A stretch of DNA of 55,696 nucleotides, the filler included, from Platydemus manokwari (taxonomy: Eukaryota): NCBI GenBank assembly GCA_037951405.1. It is 4 parts of 4 records of this genome, joined end to end, with 100 filler letters (N's around TTAATTAATTAA, not from the genome) between each part and the next. Parts side by side here need not be neighbours in the genome. Positions count along the whole stretch, not along the records: positions 29,451 to 45,140 come from JBBMOY011252540.1; 3 more parts are not named here. One strand, given 5' to 3'. The notes beneath the pieces are model-generated. The model worked only from the letters and a program-made list of their open reading frames with translations. It was not told where the DNA came from and did no database searches. This document shows positions 29,451 through 42,600 of the stretch, piece by piece. A program made the translations under genes and the position numbers. Each line of letters opens with the position of its first letter. Position 1 is the stretch's first letter.

Positions 29451-32400
29451 TGTGAAATTTATTACCATTTTTAAATGGAAATTTGGTTTTGAAAGGCTGA
29501 AATGACTTATACCGCTTTCATAATCAAGGGCTCATTTATGTGGAAAGGTTTTGTCATCCAGCTTTATAAGAAATGTTCTTGATTTGTAAAATATCGAAAT
29601 CTCGGTCAGGTCAATCGAATTATTACCGTTTATTGTTGCCATTAAACTTCATTCAACAAGAAAACAAATATTTGTTTCTCTCAACGGTCAAGTTCATGGT
29701 GATTGTGAATTGGTTGTCAATAAAATTATCAATAACAACATTAAGCTGTACCAATTATCAGTGATGATTAATTTATTTTGCAGCTTAAATTTCTCACGAA
29801 GAACAATCCGAAACTTAGCACGGGTTTTTTCAAGAATATCATAAAACGTTTATCATACAACTCAAACATCAGCCTTGGCATATATTACAATTGAGCTTCA
29901 TTTAAACAAAATATTTCATTGAATATTTGTAGCGATATTGAACAGTTGATAGGTACAATTATTGATTTTAATAAATGATGTGAACAGAAGAGCTCTCATT
30001 AAACTAGCATAAAAATTATCTCATGGACTTGATTATTTTATCCAACTGAGTGGCGATCTTTATCAAAATTGGTGATGTAAAGTCCGATAATTTACCAAAC
30101 AGAAACTACAAACCAAACAAATCGAAAATTTACACGGCAAAATAATGCGATATCTGATAGATTGATTCCATAAATTTCTATGGAAACAAAGCACAAATGT
30201 GAGCGGCAAGATAAAAAATTGTCCAGAAAACCCATCAATAATGTTTTTTATTTTGATCAATTTCTTTTAATATGGCGCACGAATCACAATAAAATCTTTC
30301 TTAAGACAGACACAACATTCTGTGAGTCATTTTCCAGGATTCGGTCGAGTAGACGATTTATGTGTTTTATATGAATTTTCCAAATCTCGAATTTATTGAA
30401 TTCAGCGTCATTGATTGAAGTCTGGAGAAGAAATTTATACTCCCAGAAATAAATAATTTTTATCGAACATGATTTGTCCATGAATGACAGCAAAATGAGA
30501 CAAAGAAAATAGTCAGTGACTCAATAATTCGATCGGAAACTAGAATGTTGTTTCGATTTGCATTAAAATTTGAAAGGAAACTTCACCATGGCAACAACAA
30601 TAACTTTTGGATTTTTAGAGAATTTTTCATTACTATAAAAATATGATTTTTGGACTTTTATTAACTTAATGTCCGTCCGGATCACAATTATAATGTAAAT
30701 ATTATTTTATAATGTTATTATTATGTTTAAAAATAAAAATTAGTTTTTAATAATGCTCACACGTTCCACGGTAAATATTTATAACTTAAATTCGATCTTT
30801 CGAACGAAAGACTTTCGTACTGATTTATATTTACTAGTAAATCTTGTGTCGAATGACTTATGTCGATGGAGAGATTTCGCGATTCCTTTTATTCGGCATT
30901 AAATTATCAACAATAGATTTTCATTATAAATATAATTTATTCAATAAATAATTATTTCGATTCCACAGCAGCAACTCTCTTACAGTGAAATTGATTATAA
31001 TGTGAAGATGTTGAAATATTTTCTATACCCGCCAAAACAATAATAAAAAAAGCAATCGAAATGCATCTCATCGGCCATACTAGGCACTTGATATGCTGAG
31101 GGATTGTATAAATCGATTGACTAATCCATGCTTTGTCAGTCGTCCTAAATAATCACCAATGGTTACCAGTGAGCAAATAGTATTTTGAGTAAAATCGTTA
31201 CTAATGTACTTTTATACTCGTACTGTCATAAACCGTTTTAAGTTTCAAAAGACAATTGAACCAGTTATTGTCCACAATCAAAATAACCTTGAAATGAATC
31301 ATAATAAAACGGTTAATGATCGATTGCGTTTAATTATTTTCGATTTTAATGACCTTTCGAATTTTGAGTGATTATTTCGTGATCTCTCATATTATTATAA
31401 TCTCGAAAAAATCAATAACACACTTCAAATAAATATATTTTGTATTTTAGTATTGATCTGTGCACAGAATGAATAAATAACTTATTTTCGATCTTTTTCG
31501 TCTGCTTCAATGCATTGTGAAAAATAATACGGTTTTAAACACAAACGTATTCGATCAACATAATGTCTTTCGTTCTAGGAAAATAGTGATATTGATCGAA
31601 TTTTCTTTGAAAAAATTAAGGAATATGAGAACTACTTTTGTAACCTGGTCTTGAGTAGATAAAGACATAATGAATGCAAGCAAAATAACAATGGCAAGCA
31701 ATATGAAGCAAATTGTCGAAAATCAAGGCCATACAAGCATTGTATATAAGATAGTATTTTACAGAAGAAACAAAACTGATCTGATCGAACATTGCTCCAG
31801 GACAAAATTGAACGTTAAGCAAGAAGCACATTAATCACTCACAGAAAATGTCACGAGAATATGTGAGCCAATTCAGAAAGTACATGATTGGAGCATAAAG
31901 AATTGGAGCACTTGAAATCCGCCCAAAAAAATCTTCCCAGAAAATGTTGCCATTTAAATCTCACAGAACATTTTTATCGAAGTACTTCATTTCAATGCAT
32001 TTTGACAACTTACGTACAAAATTGAAATACCTTTCTAAACCTGATCATTGTGAATAATAAGTAAGAACATTCAAACAAGAAATTCACCTCAATTTTTTAT
32101 TTAGGCACGAGAATTTAAAACAAAAGTCACATCACGATTTTCAAATGCTTTATTATTGAAAAAAATAATTTCGACTCTTAATTAGTAAAATAATTAATTT
32201 AATTATCTATTTTAATTAATTCCTAATAATATTATGACCCATAGTCATGTACAAGTCTTATATTTAATCCCTTTCAACTTCACATTACCGCAGCTTTTAT
32301 TTTGTCTACACGATTATTTTCAATCATCCAGTAAGGAACAGTCGACTTCTACAGCCTAAGAGTTCTCGAAAATATAATTTTATTATTTCCACAACTATTG

Positions 32401-34672
32401 TAGTCTGCAAAGTCAGATTTTTGTAAGTTTATTATGATAAATCTTCATATATTATTCTTGGAAAATTCACAATTCAAATAACGACTTAATCCATATACCA
32501 GAAGAAATTTCGAATATTTTTTCATCAATAACCGATTCTCAATTTTTTTACCGCAGGTTGTGTGTTACACTTCTACGTGATTAATTTAACAACGAGGTCT
32601 CTGTTTTCCAGCTAATCCGTCATATATTTTGAATATAATCAAAGATTATCTCTTTGACAATCTTTCGATGATGATTCGTTGAATTGATATGATGTTACGA
32701 TTAAACTTTTTTAAATTAACTTTTTTAAACAACAAAATTCAAATTCACATAAAAAATTGATTCAAAACGATATTAAGTAAATTCATTGAATTTTTTTGAT
32801 GTCTAGGAATTTTGGCACAAAACTAGATATACATATATTAGAAATTTTGTTTCTGTAATTCCGGCTTATTAAAAATATTTCGTTTTTCAGTAGTAGCTTT
32901 TCATTTCCAAATAATATCGATTTTTAATAATTTTTATTAAATTTTTCACGATAAACAGAATTGATTTTAGAGATCGATTTGATTGCCAACTGTGATGTAG
33001 ACAATAATATAATTTATTATAAATAGTTACAATAAATTAATAAATATATGAATGATAATATTTTCAAACTCTTATGAAATAAACATTCCAACCTGATACA
33101 ATTGTATCGCAACGTTCAGAGCACGTCATAAAAGGATAGAAAAATAAAACGCTTCAGTGAAAATAACTTATTATAGCTTGTACTATTGTAACAACTAAAA
33201 ATGAGATTGAAATAAATTTTAATATAGCAATAATAGGCTTTCACTTATTTTTAATGTCGATGATTAGTTTGGATTTAACGAGAATTGAGCATTGCAATGC
33301 CATTAAATATTACCATGGCAGCAAAAAAAACATTTCAATTTCTAATTTGCCTCAAAGGCCAACTGAAAGAAAAAAATAGCGTAAAGAAAAAATAATATAT
33401 ATCCATAACGATGATGAGACTATCAATTTGTCTCATTTTCTGTCTTCTCCACTTGATCGATAACAAGTTCAATTATTCTAATAACACTTATCGATTGGAT
33501 CACTAAGTAACTATGGAAACCCACAAAAAATCTAATAATCAATTCAAAAATGTCATTTATCTTTTACTTTAATCTCAAAATTCCAAAACGCCACTAATGG
33601 AATTTTGGAACGATCCCATCTCACGTAATAAATCATTAATTTAATCATCCTTCAACACTTCAGGCAACATTGATCGGTCTAAATGAACATTGCCTAATAC
33701 ACACCTGTTCCAGCCGATTTAATATTGAGATGTCCTTGATATTTAAGGTGCATCAAAATCCAGCACATTAAATTCCACCAACTGCATTGAATCCAGCAAT
33801 CAACGTAAGAAAAATTTTAAACAAATATGTCATTAAAAAATAAACACCAAACAACCTAACCACTACACTAAATATCAGACGAAAACCGCTCTCATTAATG
33901 AATATCTGCAAAAAATGAATGCATTCGTAATTAGCCATACAGCAACACCAGTCGCATAATGGATAAAATTTTCTTTTAATAAAAAACAAAAAAAAACGTA
34001 AATTTTTTTTGGAACAAAATAAGATGTTGCGCAATTATATTTTCCATGTGTGTATGTATATAGATAGCAATGATGGAAATCTATTTGATTGCCAAGCTCT
34101 TTACAAATAATGGAACACAATCAAAATAAGCTCTCTAAATGAAATATGCCCACCAATATAACACAAAAACAAACAACAAAAATCCATTCGTCAAAAATGA
34201 TATTTGCCAATTATATAAACCATGATAATAACTGTCTCGCTGACGACCGAAACACAGAAAACACACGATGATGATAATGATAATGATGATATCATTTCCA
34301 AATATTGGGTTTTTCGATTTTTTTTCTTAAAAAACACGTTTTTTCCGCTGTATATTTCTCGAATACGTAAATTCCTTTTCGTTGAAACAATGTGGAAAAA
34401 TAAAAAATCAAATGCAGAACACAAAAAATAAACAAACAAAAAAAACCAAGTAGAAACGTTGTGATCATCAACAATAATAATATATGATGCAACAATAATG
34501 GATTTCATGGCGACATAAATTTGTCGGGAATAAATGTCAACATTAATCACAGATCAAATTATACTTTACTATTATTATTATTATTATCGATTTTTTTGTA
34601 ATCACTATTATTATTATTATTATGATTCGCTGTTGGCTAACAAATATTGATTTATTGGTTCTTAGAGAATCG

Positions 34673-34696
34673 GTTGCTAGGCAACGGATGACTCAT
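34673..34696. promoter_or_regulatory. RFX X-box palindrome adjacent to an AP-1 site
   Basis: GTTGCTAGGCAAC (34673-34685) and ATGACTCAT (34688-34696), followed immediately by another GTTGCT half-site. Confidence 0.35.
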
Positions 34697-34825
34697 GTTG
34701 CTAGTGAGATGATGATAATAATAATACATGTTTTTATAGCCATATAAATAATCTATCAACGATTTTTTTTGCCATTGTATATCTGATATAATATCATTAT
34801 CGATCGATTACATTGACTGATAGTT

Positions 34826-35795
34826 TTAGAGATGCATTTTTGGAATATGAATCATGAGATCCATGTAAGCAGATAAATCCTCCATTCCGCTATTAGAATC
34901 ACCGGAATTAAAAATGACATTTTGTTGTCTTGGCAAATCAACGTTCAACGATAAGATGTGCGGCTGATTGGAGAAATTTGTCGACAGATTATTGCGATTA
35001 TTTCCCGAAATCCAAGACGAATACTGGTCGCGTTTCGTAGCGGAATGGTTCTCATTAGTCACGTAACGCTGATGTTGCAACAAATGAAAATCATCAGAAC
35101 TGTAACCGGTATTGAAAATTCCCGAATGCGAATAACCGGATGAGCTCGACACACGAGATGAAGTGGTCGTTGCTGTTAATTGATCATAATTTCCACTAAT
35201 CGTCGACATCGGCGTTCGGAAACAAGGACTGGCATCGATTGATGAACAACCGATATGTTGCAGACTTGGAGATCGTTCGACATTAGCTGATTTGGTAGGA
35301 TCGATTAAATTGGAACCAAATAAAGACGTTGAACTTTCACGTAAACTGAAACGTTTCATGACATTTTCTGGATGATTGTTGTGATAAATATCGTTGGAAA
35401 TACCACTCGAATCTTCTTTAATAGGAGGATATGATGACTCCGATGATAAATAATCTGAATGTTCGGTATTCAACGGAGTTGAGTTATCATTTTGAAGAAT
35501 ATATGTGAAATTGATTTCGTTTTCGGAAAATAAATTCTTTTGACTACGATAAGACGATTCTTTTTCTTTCCGCACGACAGTTTCTGAATCACTGTGATAA
35601 GCTCTTGTTGGTGAACAATTATCAGCTCCTTCTTGAGCACTCAAGCGACGATATCGTGAAACATTTAAACTTATTGGTCGATAATGCGGTTTATAATTGT
35701 AAGATAGTTTGTTTAGATTTTCGTTATTAGGAATTGCAAATAACTTGGCACCAATCTGTATATTTTTTTGAATGTGTCTACGTTTTTTGTTACTT
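34826..35795 (-). CDS. Terminal coding exon of a Ser-rich protein, OSER1 (oxidative stress-responsive serine-rich protein 1)-like
   Basis: About 970 nt open frame in very AT-rich DNA with elevated GC, starting at acceptor ttttcag|A (phase 2). C-terminal EDLSAYMDLMIHIPKM resembles the conserved OSER1 C-terminal motif [17 protein letters not shown] (recalled from memory). Upstream exons were not identified. Coding status is high confidence; family assignment is moderate. Confidence 0.65.
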
Positions 35796-38487
35796 CTGAA
35801 AATCGAAAAATACATTAAAGATAGAAAAATATTTTACAACAATTTTTTTCAATCTTTATATAATTATAACAATTATACTAATATTTAAAAATATACATTC
35901 GCATGTTTTTTAGTGAATATAATAAATGGTTTTCTTCAGTTTTCTTAAATTTCATTATGATTTAGTCGATTCAAATCAAATGCCATGTATCTAAAATATG
36001 AGTTAAATGTATTAATAATCTTAATTCCTTATAAAATATCAGCATTCAATGTTTAAAAGCATAACGACCAAACTATATTTTATAATCATTCTAATTTTCA
36101 AAAATTGAATTAAAGTTTTTAATTTGTTTTACATTGCGTCTAAATAAGTATAAATAACATAGTAAATACATTTCAAAAATCTTGTCTGAAATTTTTAAAA
36201 ACTAATAAGAACAAACAAGTAATAATTTTAAACTAAATTAATGTATCAATTTTCATAAAGTTCAAAAGTTGAAAACTTAATTTTTGTGAACTTTTTTTTA
36301 TTTTTTAAAATTTTTAATAACTTTTTTAATATTAATTTTTGCTCTTTTGTCAACGAAAGCACATTTCTATAAAATTTGCAATTCATTTAATATTTATTAC
36401 TAATGTAAAAAACAGTATTGCATATAAATTTACGAAATAAATGTATAAGCAGATTTCAAAACTATCTTAGACATATTTTATTCATCAAAATTAATTTATT
36501 GCGACACTCTTGACAACTTATTGAAATGCCATATTAGTCGTTTATTTGTACTTCACAAGTTAAGATACTTTAGTCAAGTATCAAATTTGATGTCAGTTGA
36601 AAAAATTAATCTATCGAATTACTAATCAAATCATTTTTATAGAATTATTAATAGATAATGTCATTTTGCAAATCAGTTGATTGCACAATACATACAATCA
36701 CAATGAATTAATTAAAAATTAAGATTTATAAACAATGTTTTATGAGGTTGTTTATATTGGAAATAAGTACTTTAATGATATCCATTGCAAAATATAACTT
36801 TGTTAGATAATGTATTGTGAGTACTCTCTATTTAGAGCGCAATTTGGCTGGCTGAATTTTAGCTTTAATTCACTCATTCTCCGATTAACTTATTTATTAA
36901 TACAATTATTTTGATTTATAATGGAATTATCGGTACTCTTATCTTAATTTAGTTTATTCAAGTCCTTTTCCTAAACTTATAATAATGTCAACTTTTTATT
37001 CAAGTCAAAAGATACCAATACACGATTACTCTGAGATTTATTAATTTATAAGCAATTATTCGAATATAATCAAAAATGATTCAAAAGTGTTAAGTAAAAA
37101 ATATTTAGGCAAAATAGTTAGCTATATTGGGGTTTATGAAGGTATAGTAACGAAATGAAATGAAATTTAAATTCTGATGTTATAGTTAACGAGGAATATA
37201 GCTTAAATTATAGAATTGAAGATAAATAAGTTGCGATTTTGATCCCAACAGAATCTGCTCCAATCAGATACTTAGGAAGTGTTCGAATCACTCTCTTATA
37301 AAAATAATATTAATTTATGCACTACTAGGTACAATTCTATTGTGGACGGCTAGACCCTTCAGGAGAACAGTCGGGTGTGCCCAACTAGTTGGGGAGACAC
37401 TCCTGTGCTTTAAAAAGAAGTTGGAGAAAAATAAGTAGAACCTAGTAAATTTAGAACAACCACACAGCTATCGAGGCAGCTGTAGGCGCATGATAAAAAC
37501 ATAAAAATTTACTCATCATGGTTGCGAAAATGAAAATAGCCAATTTCGGAATTCGAAATAAAATTGAAATTTTTCGCTGTATGCTTCTTTGAACAATAAA
37601 ACGGAGTCGTTTGGGTAAAACTGATTCGTAGGAATGCTTCGTAAATAATAAATGGATAAAACTGAATGCGCTTGAATTCGTCGTTAATAGTTGCTAAACA
37701 ATAATTGCTTCGTTTGAATTTTTCTTCTATTAAAAAGTTTCGCTTGTCGCCGGAATAATCAAATTTAAATCTAACTGAATTAATCGCTTATGATAAAGTG
37801 CAATCAAACTGAATTTGCTTGCTCTTATATACTGAATTTTTAGGGTCACATACGTCATATTAGTGTGTTAATTTTTTGTCTGGTTTTATTTCTAAATTTA
37901 GAAGCTCTGTAGACGTCATATCTAAATTTAGCAACGGCCTACTGTTTTTAGGTACTTGAGTTGCTAAAATGACCTACACTGTTTTTAGTACTGAAGTGGT
38001 TACTAAAAATAGATTTCAAAATTATTTCTTGTCTTTGACTTTGGGTTCTATCTGGGTGACCTTGAGGTCGTTTAAACAAAAGAATTCGTGGTAGAAAAAC
38101 AAAATTTTTGTTTTATTTATTTTTAAATAATTTTTTATGAAAACTTTTAAATTTTATTCATTTTTTTTATCTAACCTAAGAATTTTTAAAATTTAATTTT
38201 TTGTGTTTAATATTCTTTTTATTCTTTGGAACTTGAGTCTTAAAATAATTATTATTTATTTATTTTTTTGTTATACCTATTAAACCAAAATTTAATTTGT
38301 TTTTTAAGATTGAATTTTAGGTTCGCAGGGGGATCAGTAATCCGTATGAAGACCAATTTACTGGAAAATTAATTAATTTAACAAAGCTCTTGCACACAGA
38401 AGAACTGGCACTGTGCTGGGCTTAATTAAGATTTATCTGTTTTAAATGAATGACTGAAACGTTGGCACGAACTGAAATTATCACGAA

Positions 38488-39180
38488 TGTAACGAACTAA
38501 TTTTACTGGTGTTGTATGTTTGCCCACAAATGTACTTCCAAGTTGACAGGGTGAAATTTTAATATCGATTATAGATAGAGCACAACTAATGCAATAATTA
38601 AAATTTATTTGAAGAGAACAAGAATAACAATTCTTATCGGGGAACAAAAAGAAAATGTGCAAAATAGCTAGTACCTTTCCTTAGCAATTAACCAGCAAAT
38701 CCGTAAGACCGACGAAGCAGAGTTTAGTTAAAATAGAGGATATTAATTGCCGACACAAATAGATCAATTATATTAACTGATTAACTTAGAATTATGAATG
38801 AGAAAGGATATATAAAAATGAATGAACTCTTACTATTATTCTAATTTGTGCTGCAGAAACTGTATCAGTGATAATCCGCAACTTGTTCCTTTGTGGGATT
38901 GAAAAATCAATTCCGTCAACTTGATTCTGAATAAACATATTTGAACTAGTTTCATTTCGGCCCTTGCCAATAATGTAGTTAACTTTGTAACGATTCTGCG
39001 TAAATGACTAAGGGAGATCTGATAAATTGACACGGGAAACTAAGATTACTGTGTGGATGAATAGCTTGTTCTGGTGATTTAAGCCCGCCGTTCGTTTATC
39101 GATTTGTGTGTGATGGTTTATATTTGTAGCAGTATTTATAGCGCTTTGGCCTACTGTAGTGCTTGGCTCTTGTCCTTACA
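38488..39180 (-). mobile_element. Possible solo LTR
   Basis: Bounded by TGTAA...TTACA, with a TATAAATA box near the 5' end on the minus strand and higher GC than the flanks. No TSD found. Confidence 0.3.
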
Positions 39181-39578
39181 TTTACGTGAATTATTCTATT
39201 TTTTGTCATTTTTTATTTCATATGATTATTCCATATTTATCGTTAATAATTAATAGCCTTTCTTATCTTTTTTATGATAATGCTATTTATTTACTTATTT
39301 ATTTTTTTCATGTATATTTTCCTATGTATTTCATAATTGCTTATCATAATGAAATTAATATATTTTATTTAATTATTCCCTCTCATTCAATTATATTTTC
39401 TTTTGGTTGATTATTTATTTCTTAATGTCGATTAATCTACTCTGCTTTTCTTTACATGCGCTATGAAATGGTCAAAATTACAGAATACATTATTGATTAA
39501 AATATAATGATTGCACAGATTACTGATTATACGATATAATGATCACAAAAAGCTTCATTAATACGCACTAAAATTACA

Positions 39579-39647
39579 TTAATAAACCACAATATCATTG
39601 TTAATAAGCCACAATATCATTGTTAATAAACCACAATATCATTGTTA
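39579..39647. repeat. Minisatellite, 22-bp unit x3
   Basis: TTAATAA(A/G)CCACAATATCATTG at 39579, 39601 and 39623. Confidence 0.9.
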
Positions 39648-42600
39648 TTGTTAAAGTAATCAAATAGGCCATTATTGTCTTATATCAACGGCTTGACCAA
39701 TGTTGATGTCGTCTTTGCTCAGCGACGTCTTCAGCAGGTTTGCTAACCATAATCAAGGTGTTGCTTATTGTACTGTCTATTGGGTAAGTGCTTGAATTGT
39801 TTATGTACACACAAAACTGGGCTTGCTAAGTTCAATGGTTATATACACTGGGCTTTTGTTGGTTTGGTGAATTAGTAAATTTCTGTAAAGTAAGTTTTTG
39901 GGTCACTGGTAACCTCAATATACCTTTATGTCAGAAGTTTCTTTTAGATAATTTTCTTATTGAGTTCAATAACATATAATGGTGTAGATTATATTAAGAT
40001 AAATTGAAGAAATCGTATCGATTGTAAAAAAATTAATGAAAATAATGATAATAATGATAAATCATATAAATCAGAGAGGCAAAATTTCATATTTAAATAA
40101 AAATACCAACTGGTGAAATAGATAAAAATATAATACGAATTTAGTGAACATATGATTTTTAATGAATGTAATGAATTTTAAAACATCAAAAAATCGGACA
40201 AGAAAAACGAAACAACTGTCCTTTATCGAAAGATGGTGAAATAATATTGAATATAATATGTTTATCAAAGGTTTGTTGAGTTCTTTTAGCGCTTGTCGAT
40301 CGCAGTATAAAAACGATTTTTATTGATTTAATACACATTTATTGATAAATAATTACAAGTATAACAATTTATACCAAATTGATTTTTCTCAAGCAATATG
40401 CTATTCATGGGTGTCGTATGTTTGTTTTCTTTCAGTTTTCTTTATATAAATCAATTTTATTATTATTGGTCTTACATTAACTTGTCCGATCGTCCTCTGG
40501 AGTTTTAATTTGAACAAGGTAGCAATTTGAACCTAAATTATTAACGACCTTCCGTCGTCTCGATCATTCTGCTCTTATATACAATGATAATAATTTTATT
40601 TCAATGATGTACCTCACATTGCCTCTCTAATGCCTCACTCAGTCAATTAATTTAAAAAGTTAAAAGATATAAAATATATTGGTTAATAAAATATAACGCT
40701 AAATAAAATTATAAACCGCCACGATAAAGAATACAAGTTTTCACATTGGGGCACGGATGATTTTTAGTATTCGATTCCAGTCAAAGTCTGAGATAACCTT
40801 TCTCCTTGGTCAGTATTGGAGCGGTATCTTTGAGATATAGCCGTACATAAAAATATTATTGATTTTAAAACAGGATTTTTAGAAGAGGAATATTTTATCT
40901 TGACTTGAATTAATACTTCACACGTAATGTGCACTGGGATTCTAATGAAACAATCCAGATAAATGGATGGCAGAAAATAACTTGCGCTGCTGTAATTTTT
41001 AGCTGGAAATTGTAACAGACGGTTTAGAAAACTGACCTTTGTCAGCCTACTACATTGGATTAGTTGATCAGTTTAGACCAGTTGTTTTTTTGTTAATTGA
41101 TTTGAGATTTATTTAAATATTCAATATTTCACTTGACAGACTAAAACTGGAATATTTTATCCTCTAAATAAAATAATTATTATCATTTTTCATAAAAAAG
41201 CAAAATAATTTTTGCATAAGTAAATATTTTGTTTATATTTTTACCTAATATTTTACCAACATTTCTTTTTTACGTTTTCGGTCAATAATTACATTAAAAA
41301 TTATAATCCTTTATGTATTAAAAATGATCGATATGTGTCAACAACGGCAAGAACTATTAAATATGCACATAACGGCTTATTTACACGAATATTGTCAAAT
41401 TATTAGATAGTGTTATGATCCAAATCCCAATAGATATGCACAAAAACATCAGATTGTAACTGACAAACTTCTGGAAACTGGGAGTAAAACCGATATTCAA
41501 GGAATTTTAGTACAACTCGATTAATAGGCAGAATATGCGAAGTGATTATTCACGGAAATATCTTACCTGTCAATTACGACGTCTTCCTAAATAATGAATA
41601 ATGTTGATCTCTCGGTAATTCTACTCGACATATGTTTCTCAAACAATTGGTAAGAGTCTTCTTAACGAAATTTCGGCAAATTGACCTTGAGGATTTTGTA
41701 CTGTGGTAGTTTCAATCACGGGCCTTCTTAAATGGTTTCACATTGGCGCTGAGTTATATTTAATAAGAATTGTATAATTATCTGTTGTTTTCATGGGGGA
41801 TTTTGACAACGCATATATGTTCGCACAGACAATAACTATGACATTCATTATTTATCGATGTATATTGTTTTGATGCATAACGTAGATTTTTATACTCAAT
41901 TAAATATAGCAATATTTTCAGTTTTATCGATTGTACCGATGAACTAATTTTTTATTACATGAATGCTTGCTAAAATGTAGTAATTATTGTTAATAATTTT
42001 TATTAAATTTTTCTGGGATTCAAAAGAATTTTCGATAAATTATTTATGAAATAAAATGTTTAATTACAAAATAATAATTGTAATAATCTGAAGAAATCCT
42101 CTTAAGGTCCTTGGTTCTGGTCCGCTAGTGGGAATAAGTTACCGTTCTATATCCAGAACTTGTAAGGAAAGCTGTTTTAGTGTATAAATTGTATAGTATA
42201 GTATCAAAATCAATTTGCTTGTTGTTCTAATAATAAACCTTAGTGTAGTCAAACGTGTTATCAATTGGTGTTTTGTTAGATAGACCATATAGGCGATTGG
42301 ATAGTACATAAATTGAGACTGATAATATTAAAATTTTCGAGGGAATTGTTGCCGATCCTACTATCTTTATATTGTATTGATCATGAGGTGAAGAAAGAAA
42401 TCTTAAGGTGTAATAGACTCATAGAGATTGATCAAGACAACATTGATCTTCAAAAAGTTAGGAAAATTGAGACTGATAATAATAAAACAAAATACAACAA
42501 GCCCGAAACAACTCCAACAAATCTGATAACTTCTTGATTAAGGCTTATATATGGAATATCCACTTTACTTCTACGATGTCATGCATTGTAGATCTGATTT

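Noticed and set aside
33768-34550. Several overlapping short ORFs on both strands
   Set aside because: Low-complexity A/T-rich sequence, most likely the 3'UTR of the OSER1-like gene. The other short ORFs in the track (e.g. 2893, 5088, 26872, 28072, 39159, 40071, 49482, 51580, 52413) were rejected for similar reasons or are antisense to real genes.
39579-39647. Direct repeats as a possible CRISPR-like array
   Set aside because: Head-to-tail units with no spacers; an ordinary minisatellite in eukaryotic DNA.
41567-41750. Minus-strand segment ending in a strong donor (CAG|gtaaga), phase-compatible with the exon at 35795
   Set aside because: All three frames contain stops. Only a 20-nt micro-exon (EDVVID-R, 41586-41567) would fit, which cannot be supported without transcripts.
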